IMG/VR virus record: IMGVR_UViG_3300030606_000033
Coordinates: 1-33,187 of that record
DNA from: a virus
Lineage: Duplodnaviria > Caudoviricetes
Direction: 5' to 3' (one strand)
DNA: 33,187 nucleotides
Positions 1 through 6,803 of this stretch are shown piece by piece; position 1 is the first letter of the stretch; each line of letters starts with the position of its first letter. The notes beneath the pieces were generated by a model, which worked only from the letters and a program-made list of their open reading frames with translations, ran no database searches and had not been told where the DNA came from. The position numbers and the translations under genes were made by a program.

Positions 1-246
1 CGCGAAACCGAACAGCGCCTGGCCGTCCTGGACGCCATCCTCAAACGCCACGCCCTGTCCCTGCAAAGCATCGCCCAGCGGACAGACTTTCGGCTGTACC
101 TCGTCCGCCGCCACGTCGACTGGCTGGCCAACACCGGCTACCTGGTCAAACGTGACAACGGCCGCATCTCCATGGTCACCCAACGCGGCCACGACGCCCT
201 GGACGCCGGCCGGTTCACCCCCAACGGAAAGGAGCCAACCCGATGA
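1..246 (+). CDS. 5'-truncated winged-helix DNA-binding protein (MarR/ArsR-like)
   Basis: Frame 1 is open from base 1: RETEQRLAVLDAILKRHALSLQSIAQRTDFRLYLVRRHVDWLANTGYLVKRDNGRISMVTQRGHDAL, a wHTH pattern. TGA overlaps the next ATG. Not in the ORF track. Confidence 0.7.
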   Translation, partial: RETEQRLAVLDAILKRHALSLQSIAQRTDFRLYLVRRHVDWLANTGYLVKRDNGRISMVTQRGHDALDAGRFTPNGKEPTR

Positions 247-599
247 GCAACCCTACCCACACCCCCGGCCCGTGGCTGGCCGGCGGCCAGGGCCTGGCCT
301 GGACGATGGCCGGAAAGGCCAACGCCCACCTGCGCGCCATCTACTCCCTGGGCCAGGTCACCGAAGTGGCCCTGGTCTGGCTCGACAACGACCGGTCCGA
401 GGCCAACGCCCGCCTGATCGCCGCCGCCCCGGAGCTGCTCGCCGCCGCGACGCAAGCCCAGAAGATCTTGCGCGCTTTTTGTCTGGAGAGCCGCTTCACT
501 CAGCCGCAGTACATATACGAGGCCATCGAGACCCTCGCCAGGGCCACCGCCACCGCCAGGGCTACAGAGACCGGGGGCGACGCCCGGCGCCCGCAATAA
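243..599 (+). CDS. Conserved phage hypothetical protein (HTPGPW...EANARLIAAAPELL type)
   Basis: AAGGAG RBS; motifs common in phage early proteins. Confidence 0.8.
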   Translation: MSNPTHTPGPWLAGGQGLAWTMAGKANAHLRAIYSLGQVTEVALVWLDNDRSEANARLIAAAPELLAAATQAQKILRAFCLESRFTQPQYIYEAIETLARATATARATETGGDARRPQ

Positions 600-638
600 A
601 AAACCGGCGCGCCTCCTCTCAGAGCACACCGGTTTTTA
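597..638. terminator. Bidirectional intrinsic terminator hairpin
   Basis: AAAAAACCGGCGCGC...GCACACCGGTTTTT: stem with an A-run on the left and a T-run on the right. Confidence 0.7.
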
Positions 639-651
639 TGACCTTGTTTTT

Positions 652-680
652 ATTTTAACATCTCTAACTTTTGTGAGCAA
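652..680 (-). promoter_or_regulatory. Antisense sigma70-type promoter
   Basis: Minus strand TTGCTC-17 bp-TAAAAT with extended -10 TG, pointing into the 597-638 hairpin. Confidence 0.65.
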
Positions 681-706
681 TTCTCGAAACCCATAGGAGG
701 GAACCA

Positions 707-904
707 ATGCACGTCAAAATCAAGCTCGACCTGGTCCGCCTGCTCCAACTCGCCGCCCCCCAGGTCCGGGGCAGCGACGAACGGAGCCTGCTGTACCAAT
801 TCCTGACCCGCAACAAAGACGCCCAACTCGTCGACATCGACCTCGGCCAGGTCCTGGTCACCGTCGACAGTGACGAAGACACCCTTGGAAAGGAGACATC
901 ATGA
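707..904 (+). CDS. Hypothetical protein, 65 aa
   Basis: AGGAGG RBS; ATGA coupling to the next ORF. Confidence 0.75.
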   Translation: MHVKIKLDLVRLLQLAAPQVRGSDERSLLYQFLTRNKDAQLVDIDLGQVLVTVDSDEDTLGKETS

Positions 905-1257
905 ACCCACTAAGAACCCCCGCCCCGGGCGTGTACGACAACCTCCTCCGTGACACCGAGCGCCGCCCCCACGAATTGGGAGCCGAACTACTCGACCACG
1001 TCAGCCCCGGTTGGGAGGAGGAGATCGATCTCGACAGCCTGGACCTGGCGAGCTACCCCCGCTGCATTTTGGGCCAACTCTTCGGCAGCTTCGAAACCGG
1101 CTACGCCGACCTGAGCGAATGCCTCGGCCTGGTATACGAACAACTCGACTGCGACCTCTTCGGCTTCGAAATCTCCGGCCTGGCCGACTACGCCGACCTG
1201 ACCGAAGACTGGCGCACCCTGATCACCGACCGCCGTCTGCTAACCGCTAACGGCTAA
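901..1257 (+). CDS. Acidic phage hypothetical protein, 118 aa
   Basis: AAGGAG RBS; codon usage typical of this genome. Confidence 0.75.
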   Translation: MNPLRTPAPGVYDNLLRDTERRPHELGAELLDHVSPGWEEEIDLDSLDLASYPRCILGQLFGSFETGYADLSECLGLVYEQLDCDLFGFEISGLADYADLTEDWRTLITDRRLLTANG

Positions 1258-1281
1258 CCACTAACGGCTAACCACTAACCG
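1240..1281 (+). repeat. Heptamer tandem repeat, 6 x CTAAC(C/G)(G/A)
   Basis: ctaaccg ctaacgg ctaacca ctaacgg ctaacca ctaaccg, spanning a stop codon. Confidence 0.9.
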
Positions 1282-1301
1282 CTACCTTATAGGAGCCAAC
1301 C

Positions 1302-1508
1302 ATGGAACCAACCGTCAAACTCACCCTCGAAGGCGACCCCGACCAGGTCGAGATCATCACCGCCCGCATGCGGATGTTCTTCACCGTCACCTACGAGAGC
1401 AAAGATCAAAAGAGCCGGCTCTCGCCCGACCACGTCAAGCGATATCTGCGGGTTATCTCCCCCGGCCAGGCCCATCCGCACCAGCTAACCCTACCCAACA
1501 TCCCATAA
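1302..1508 (+). CDS. Small phage protein, 68 aa (possibly DUF3970-like)
   Basis: AGGAG RBS; KLTLEGDPDQVE...ESKDQKSR...VKRYL pattern. Family call is tentative. Confidence 0.7.
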   Translation: MEPTVKLTLEGDPDQVEIITARMRMFFTVTYESKDQKSRLSPDHVKRYLRVISPGQAHPHQLTLPNIP

Positions 1509-1573
1509 AAAAAGGCCGTTCCCACCAGAAACGGCCCAACTAGCTCACCCCAAAGGAGAGTGAACACCATCAT
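1507..1573 (-). ncRNA. Predicted cis-antisense sRNA (~67 nt) over the RBS/start of the 1560 ORF
   Basis: Promoter TAGCAT-17-TATAAT with TG (1580-1608). The 5' hairpin has anti-SD UCCUUU in its loop. Terminator GGCCGTTTC/GGAACGGCC followed by T7. Confidence 0.65.
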
Positions 1574-1868
1574 GACAAAATTATACCACCCTCAACCCCA
1601 AAATGCTACTATCCGGGCCGCCGCGCAGTGCCTCTACTGTAGCGAGCTGGCCGATGGCCACACCACGCCCCCCCTCTGCCCTCGCCACACCGATCTGGCC
1701 ATCCTCACCGAGTTCATGGAAACCCAGGGCGAGCCCCTGGACCTGGCCAACGTCAAAGAGTGGCTGCAGCAGGCCCAAAACGTCTCGGCCATCTGGTCCA
1801 TCACCCCGTCCGACCTGGACGACATGCTGCCGGACTACCTGACCCGGCGTCAGGAGGTGCCCTCATGA
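1560..1868 (+). CDS. Zn-finger-like hypothetical protein (CxxC...CxxH)
   Basis: AAGGAG RBS; CLYC and CPRH motifs; coupled to the next gene. Confidence 0.7.
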   Translation: MNTIMTKLYHPQPQNATIRAAAQCLYCSELADGHTTPPLCPRHTDLAILTEFMETQGEPLDLANVKEWLQQAQNVSAIWSITPSDLDDMLPDYLTRRQEVPS

Positions 1869-2776
1869 GCGAGTACATATTTCTCCCCCCGGACCAGCTC
1901 AAACTGCACCCGCAAAATATCCGTCTCTATTACCCGTCCCACGACGTCGCCAAAATGGCCGGCTCCATCAAAAAAACAAACGGAGTGCTGCACGCCATGC
2001 TGGTTACCCCAATCCCCGGCCAGCCGACGGTGTACTACGTCGTGGACGGGAACCTCCGCCTGGCCGCCGCTCGCACGTTAGCCGGCGATTGCCCCCCGCT
2101 AAAATGTGAGGTCGTCGAAGCCAGTTTAGCCGACCAACTACTGGCGATGGTTATCACCTCGGAGTTCCACTTCCCCAAAGACCCGGTCTCGATGGGGCGG
2201 CACTTCCAGCGATTGATCCAGCAGGAAAAGCTGACCATCGAAGCCATTACCGAAGACACGGATGTCTCGCGTCCGACCATCGAAAAATATCTCAAGATCC
2301 TGGAACTGGAAGATGAAATCCAACAACTGATAGCCGCAGGCCGGCTCTCGGCTGACCTGCGTGTCTCACGGGCGCTGCTGCTCCTGCCCGCCGGCGAGAC
2401 CAGGATACGGGCAGCCGAGCGATTCGCACGGAATGACAGCAATATCCGCTACATCATCCAGGCATGTCGCCAAATCCAGGAACGCGCCGCAGTTATGGCC
2501 GGCCAGGACCACGTCGAGCGCCTGGACGCTGAGCGAGCCAGGCAGCAGGCCGTCAGTGAACAGGTCGGGCGGACCAAACAGCAAAACAATGGTCACGCCC
2601 GGATGGGCCCCGAGGCCGCCCGGTTGATCTATGATTTGGCCGAAAAGATGCTTTGTGACGACTGCCGGCTCGATGGTCTGAGCATTGAATGTTATTTGTG
2701 TCCCGGCCCGCAGGATTTCGTCAACCACTTGATCGAAATGGCCGAAATACGAATCCCCGAGGAGGTGACCTCATGA
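1865..2776 (+). CDS. ParB/Srx N-terminal domain + HTH protein with C-terminal Cys cluster
   Basis: Start moved to ATG 1865 (GGAGGT RBS). Motifs LKLHPQNIR, MAGSIKKTNGVLHAMLV, VVDGNLRLAA, an HTH (DVSRPTIEKYL) and CDDC..CYLC. Confidence 0.8.
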   Translation: MSEYIFLPPDQLKLHPQNIRLYYPSHDVAKMAGSIKKTNGVLHAMLVTPIPGQPTVYYVVDGNLRLAAARTLAGDCPPLKCEVVEASLADQLLAMVITSEFHFPKDPVSMGRHFQRLIQQEKLTIEAITEDTDVSRPTIEKYLKILELEDEIQQLIAAGRLSADLRVSRALLLLPAGETRIRAAERFARNDSNIRYIIQACRQIQERAAVMAGQDHVERLDAERARQQAVSEQVGRTKQQNNGHARMGPEAARLIYDLAEKMLCDDCRLDGLSIECYLCPGPQDFVNHLIEMAEIRIPEEVTS

Positions 2777-3177
2777 TCACCGTCAGCGCCACAGACCTGG
2801 TCACGTTCCTGGAAACCGCCCAACCGGTCACCGCCGCCAGCGTCCGGACGCTCCTGGCCAACGGCCACGGGGCCACCCCGCGAGACCTGGACGAGCAGGC
2901 CGCCATCTTCGTCGAGATCCTCTACGAAGTCACCCAATCGAATAGTTGTGAAAGGAGAGAACCCACCATAATGACCGAAGACCTTACTTCCACCGAACGA
3001 CAGTTTGTCGCCCTGGCTCTCCGGGGCCTGGCCATGCGCGGCGGCCCGACAGCGTTTCCGCTGCTTCGATCTGTTACTCGCAAGCTCGGCCTCGTGGCTG
3101 AACTGAAGGACCACCTGCAGGACTGGATCAGTTACAAGCCCCAGCGTAGTAACCCCGAAGTACCGGGCTTAGAGTGA
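2773..3177 (+). CDS. Hypothetical protein; strong in-frame internal start at 2971
   Basis: GGAGG RBS and ATGA overlap at 2773; a second AAGGAG precedes ATG 2971. Confidence 0.65.
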   Translation: MITVSATDLVTFLETAQPVTAASVRTLLANGHGATPRDLDEQAAIFVEILYEVTQSNSCERREPTIMTEDLTSTERQFVALALRGLAMRGGPTAFPLLRSVTRKLGLVAELKDHLQDWISYKPQRSNPEVPGLE

Positions 3178-3389
3178 CGGTCACCTGCTACGTCTGCGGG
3201 CGCACCTTCGCCCACACAACCGGCCCGGCCGGGGAGACCCACGGGGCCTGCCCGGCCTGCCTGCCGGGCCAGTACGTCCAGGCCCTGCAGGCCCGCAGCC
3301 CCGGCCTGGGCGAGGTCGCCCGCCGTCTGGCGGCCCGGTTCCCGGACCTGTCGCCACAAGAAATTCATAGACTGGTAAATAGCAAGTAG
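3174..3389 (+). CDS. Small Zn-finger protein (CYVC...CPAC)
   Basis: GTGA overlap with the upstream stop; two CxxC motifs. Confidence 0.6.
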   Translation: MTVTCYVCGRTFAHTTGPAGETHGACPACLPGQYVQALQARSPGLGEVARRLAARFPDLSPQEIHRLVNSK

Positions 3390-3416
3390 CAAGTAGCTGA
3401 AAGGATACTAGACCGC

Positions 3417-5165
3417 ATGTCACCCATTGATTTAGTCTTGCAAGCCTTGACCCGTTTGGGAAAACCGCCTAGACAGACCAACACCAACCACTGGCAAGCA
3501 TCCTCCCCGCTGCGCGAGGACAAACGGCCCAGCCTCAGTATTACCGTCCGTCAAGACGGCGCGGTCTTACTCAAGGATTTTGGCGGCGGCGAAACCAAAG
3601 ACATCTTAGATGCACTGGACCTGAAGTTTGACGACCTCTTCCCTCGTGGTCGTCGCCAAAATCAATGGCACAACTTCAACCAACCTGACCATATCTATAT
3701 TTACCGTGATGCCAACGGCGTCGAGGTCTGCCAGGCCCTGCGTTATAATGTTATCAACGACAAGGGCATGCCCGACAAGGATTTTCGAGTTCGCCACGCC
3801 GATAACGGCAAATGGATCTGGAAAAAACCTTCCAACACCCCCCTTTATCGCCTGCCAGAACTGCTGACCACTCCCAATGATGAGTGGGTTTTTGTACCCG
3901 AGGGGGAAAAAGATGTCGATAACCTGATCCAGCAATCCTTGGCTGCAACGACCAATATCGGCGGCGCGTCGGTTAAGTGGGGCGACGAATGGGTGCAAAC
4001 TCTGGCCGGACGCCGGGTTTGCCTGCTTGCCGACAATGACCCGGTCGGTAAAAAAAGAGTAGAGCAACTGGGTGACCGTCTGGTCTACGTGGCCAGGGAA
4101 GTCAAAGTTATCTACCCTAACCACATGGGGTTGGATGACATGCCGCAAGCCGACGTCTCAGATGCTCTCCTGATGGGTCACATATCGTCCGATGACCTCC
4201 TCCGCTTGGCCGAAACCGTATCTCTATATGAACCCGCGCCCATCGCCCCTCACCGCAAGCTAAAATTCGAGCGAGATGAGTTGCTCAATACGATCTTCCC
4301 GGATCCGGTTTGGTTGGTAAGCGAAATCATCCCGGAGCAGTCGTTGGGTATCCTGGCTGGACGGCCCAAGATTGGCAAAAGTTGGCTTGCCCTGCAGCTC
4401 GCCAACGCCATAGCCGATGGCGCCGACTTCCTTGGGCAGCCGACGAACCAGGGGCGAGTCCTCTACCTGGCCCTGGAAGACAACCCGCGCCGCATTCAGG
4501 ATCGTCTCAAGACTCAGGGTATCAACCCCTGGTCCGGGCTGACATTCCACTTCGGCTGGCCGGACCTCCTGGCCGAAGATGGCCTGGACCGTCTCCGAAA
4601 CACCATCACTGCTGGTGAGTACCGGCTGACCCTCATCGACACCATGTCTCGCGCCGTCGCCATGCGGCCAGATGATATCCGAGAGATCACGTCACTCTGG
4701 GGCCGGATGCAGGAAATCGCCATCTCTACAATGTCTTGCGTGCTTATAATTGATCATCACCGCAAGAGCTTCGGTGGGGTGGACGATGTCATCGATGCCG
4801 TCCTGGACGCCACCACCAAAACCGCTGTCTCAGACTTCATAATGGGACTGTACCGGCCTCAGCGCGAGAAAATAGGGACGCTGAGGGCGACCGGTCGGGA
4901 CATCGAGGATCTTGACCTCAGCGTAAAATTCAACGGCGTCATCGGCACCTGGGAGGTTCTGGGCACTCCGGACGATGTGGGCCAGAACGCGATTGAGGAA
5001 AAGATATTTGACGCAATCGACGACTTGGGTGACTACGCCTCCGGCCAGGCCATCATCGAGTACATAGAAATGGCCCAGGGGTATGTTTATCAAACCCTGG
5101 CCCGAATGGTCAAGGAAGGGAAACTGGTCAAAAAAGGATATCAAAAACCATACGGTCGCCCGTGA
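3417..5165 (+). CDS. Replicative primase-helicase (CHC2-like N-terminus, TOPRIM, AAA_25/RecA-type helicase, C-terminal wHTH)
   Basis: TOPRIM EGEKD and DND motifs; Walker A GRPKIGKS; YLALED; Walker B LIDT; IIDHHRK. Confidence 0.9.
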   Translation: MSPIDLVLQALTRLGKPPRQTNTNHWQASSPLREDKRPSLSITVRQDGAVLLKDFGGGETKDILDALDLKFDDLFPRGRRQNQWHNFNQPDHIYIYRDANGVEVCQALRYNVINDKGMPDKDFRVRHADNGKWIWKKPSNTPLYRLPELLTTPNDEWVFVPEGEKDVDNLIQQSLAATTNIGGASVKWGDEWVQTLAGRRVCLLADNDPVGKKRVEQLGDRLVYVAREVKVIYPNHMGLDDMPQADVSDALLMGHISSDDLLRLAETVSLYEPAPIAPHRKLKFERDELLNTIFPDPVWLVSEIIPEQSLGILAGRPKIGKSWLALQLANAIADGADFLGQPTNQGRVLYLALEDNPRRIQDRLKTQGINPWSGLTFHFGWPDLLAEDGLDRLRNTITAGEYRLTLIDTMSRAVAMRPDDIREITSLWGRMQEIAISTMSCVLIIDHHRKSFGGVDDVIDAVLDATTKTAVSDFIMGLYRPQREKIGTLRATGRDIEDLDLSVKFNGVIGTWEVLGTPDDVGQNAIEEKIFDAIDDLGDYASGQAIIEYIEMAQGYVYQTLARMVKEGKLVKKGYQKPYGRP

Positions 5166-5171
5166 TTAGGT

Positions 5172-5259
5172 GAAATTCATGAATTTCATGAATTTCATGT
5201 GAGTTTGCCCCGGAAATTCATCTAAAACTCACATGAATTTCATGAATTTCATGAATTTG
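5172..5259. repeat. 35-bp inverted repeat built from 9-bp CATGAATTT units; putative replication origin
   Basis: Arms 5172-5206 and 5225-5259, with 3 mismatches. AT-rich and immediately downstream of the primase-helicase. Confidence 0.75.
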
Positions 5260-5292
5260 AGGGGAAATAATAGGTCAAAAAGGAGATGATCT

Positions 5293-5475
5293 GTGAAAAT
5301 AGTCAAGAAAACCCGAAAAATACGGTTATATACCCGATGCCCAAATTGTGGGAGTCCCTGGTGCGAGCGCTCGCCAAGGCCGTGGAGTGACGCATTTTGC
5401 GACAATGTTTGTCATGAATCCTACAATGAACGCCGTCGTCGCCGCGCTGAAATAAAGGTAAAAAGGAAAAAATAA
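5293..5475 (+). CDS. Small basic Cys-rich protein
   Basis: AGGAG RBS; CPNC..C..C..C..H; Lys/Arg-rich. Confidence 0.65.
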   Translation: MKIVKKTRKIRLYTRCPNCGSPWCERSPRPWSDAFCDNVCHESYNERRRRRAEIKVKRKK

Positions 5476-5477
5476 AA

Positions 5478-5819
5478 ATGAAAACTGAACAAGAAATCTA
5501 CCAGATGATCAACGAGATCAAGGCCACGCACGAGGAGCTCGGCGAAAAGGCGCCGAAGTCCCAAACTGTGATGAAGGAAAGTATGAGGGGCGAACTAATC
5601 GCGCTCTACTGGGTTTTGGGTCACTCGCGGAGATCGGCGATGGACAGCGCTTCGATCGCCCTGGGTGGCGACCCGATAGACTGGAGCGGATCCCACGATG
5701 ACCACCCTCATCACCGTCTACAACTTTTTGGAGGAAACGATAATGGCAAAAAAATCATACCGCCGCGGAAAAATCGAGCGTCACCGGAGGTTCAGCCCTG
5801 GGCTAATAACCTTCTTTGA
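5478..5819 (+). CDS. Hypothetical protein
   Basis: Follows the upstream stop by 2 nt; C-terminus overlaps the next ORF. Confidence 0.6.
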   Translation: MKTEQEIYQMINEIKATHEELGEKAPKSQTVMKESMRGELIALYWVLGHSRRSAMDSASIALGGDPIDWSGSHDDHPHHRLQLFGGNDNGKKIIPPRKNRASPEVQPWANNLL

Positions 5820-6045
5820 CATCGAGGAGATAAAAGTCGCCGCCTGGTGTCCCGACGACAAAGCCCAACTCCCCCCTACCCAGGTCCACCTGGTCTTCGC
5901 CATGAAGGACTTCCCGGCCCCGGTCGTGCTCAGGTTCAAGAGCCCCGACACGCTCGGCGTACTCATCGAGGAACTGGCCCACTACCGCCAGGAAGTCTGG
6001 CCAGACGCGGAGCCGCTGGACCTAAATCCAAATGGATTCTCCTAG
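5743..6045 (+). CDS. Hypothetical protein, ~100 aa
   Basis: GGAGG RBS before ATG 5743, in frame with ORF 5698-6045. Confidence 0.7.
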   Translation: MAKKSYRRGKIERHRRFSPGLITFFDIEEIKVAAWCPDDKAQLPPTQVHLVFAMKDFPAPVVLRFKSPDTLGVLIEELAHYRQEVWPDAEPLDLNPNGFS

Positions 6046-6047
6046 TC

Positions 6048-6077
6048 CTCCCCCCAACGGGGGGAGTTAGAGGGGGG
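6048..6077. repeat. REP-like GC palindrome
   Basis: CTCCCCCC-AAC-GGGGGGAG followed by TTAGAGGGGGG. Confidence 0.6.
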
Positions 6078-6117
6078 AGATCCCGAGAAGTCGCCTCCAC
6101 CCTGACGGGCAGAGGAC

Positions 6118-6186
6118 AAAAAAAAAGCCGCCGTGGGAGCGGCGGCAACCATTCACATCACCCGCAAAGGAGATATCATGAACGGT
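6118..6186 (-). ncRNA. Predicted cis-antisense sRNA (~68 nt) over the RBS/start of the nuclease gene
   Basis: Extended -10 TGGTACAAT (6193-6201). The 5' hairpin ACCGTTCAT/GTGAATGGT encloses anti-SD UCUCCUUU. Terminator GCCGCCG/CGGCGGC followed by T9. Confidence 0.65.
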
Positions 6187-6768
6187 AAGTCTATTGTACC
6201 ACAGAATCACCCAACAATCGAGGTTGGCACCCGCGAATGGTACCGCATGATCGGCCGGCGCGGTGGCCGGGCCCGGGCCGCAATGCAAGACTTCCGGGAC
6301 CACCAGGCCAACGCCGGCCGGCGCTCCGCCCAGCTCAACGACATGAGCGCCCTGGGCCGCCGCGGCGCCCGCGAGACCCTGCGCAAATACGGCTACATTT
6401 TTCTCTTTAAAAAATGCCGGGCCTGGCGCCTGGCCAACCCCTCCCGGCACGAACGGCAAATCACACGCATTCTCGACGAACTGGGCTACGCCTACGAGCG
6501 CGAGGCCCTGGTGCTCGGCGACGACGTCCCCGTCTCGGTCGATTTCTACCTGCCCGATCACAACGACGCCGTCATCGAGGTCTACGGTCGCATCCACTAC
6601 GACCCCCGCTTCGACCATCCCAACCGCCCCCAAACCCGCCGCGAGCTGGATGCTCACCGCTGCCGGCAGCTCGAACGGGCCGGCTACCGCGTCCTGGTCA
6701 TCGACTACCGCGAGCTGACCAACATCTTCGACGTGCGTGGCAAAATTATTGATTTCGTTTTAGGCTAG
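6178..6768 (+). CDS. KGG-like repeat + DUF559/Vsr-like PD-(D/E)xK endonuclease
   Basis: AAGGAG RBS before ATG 6178. N-terminal WYRMIGRRGG and MSALGRRG; C-terminal PSRHE, VDFYLPD, VIEVYGRIH, GYRVLVI. Confidence 0.75.
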   Translation: MNGKSIVPQNHPTIEVGTREWYRMIGRRGGRARAAMQDFRDHQANAGRRSAQLNDMSALGRRGARETLRKYGYIFLFKKCRAWRLANPSRHERQITRILDELGYAYEREALVLGDDVPVSVDFYLPDHNDAVIEVYGRIHYDPRFDHPNRPQTRRELDAHRCRQLERAGYRVLVIDYRELTNIFDVRGKIIDFVLG

Positions 6769-6803
6769 CTGTCCGCCGCGCGGACACAGAAAGGAGTCGC
6801 GAT

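Noticed and set aside
5172-5259. CRISPR array
   Set aside because: Units are 9-bp tandem or inverted repeats without unique spacers, and no cas genes are present.
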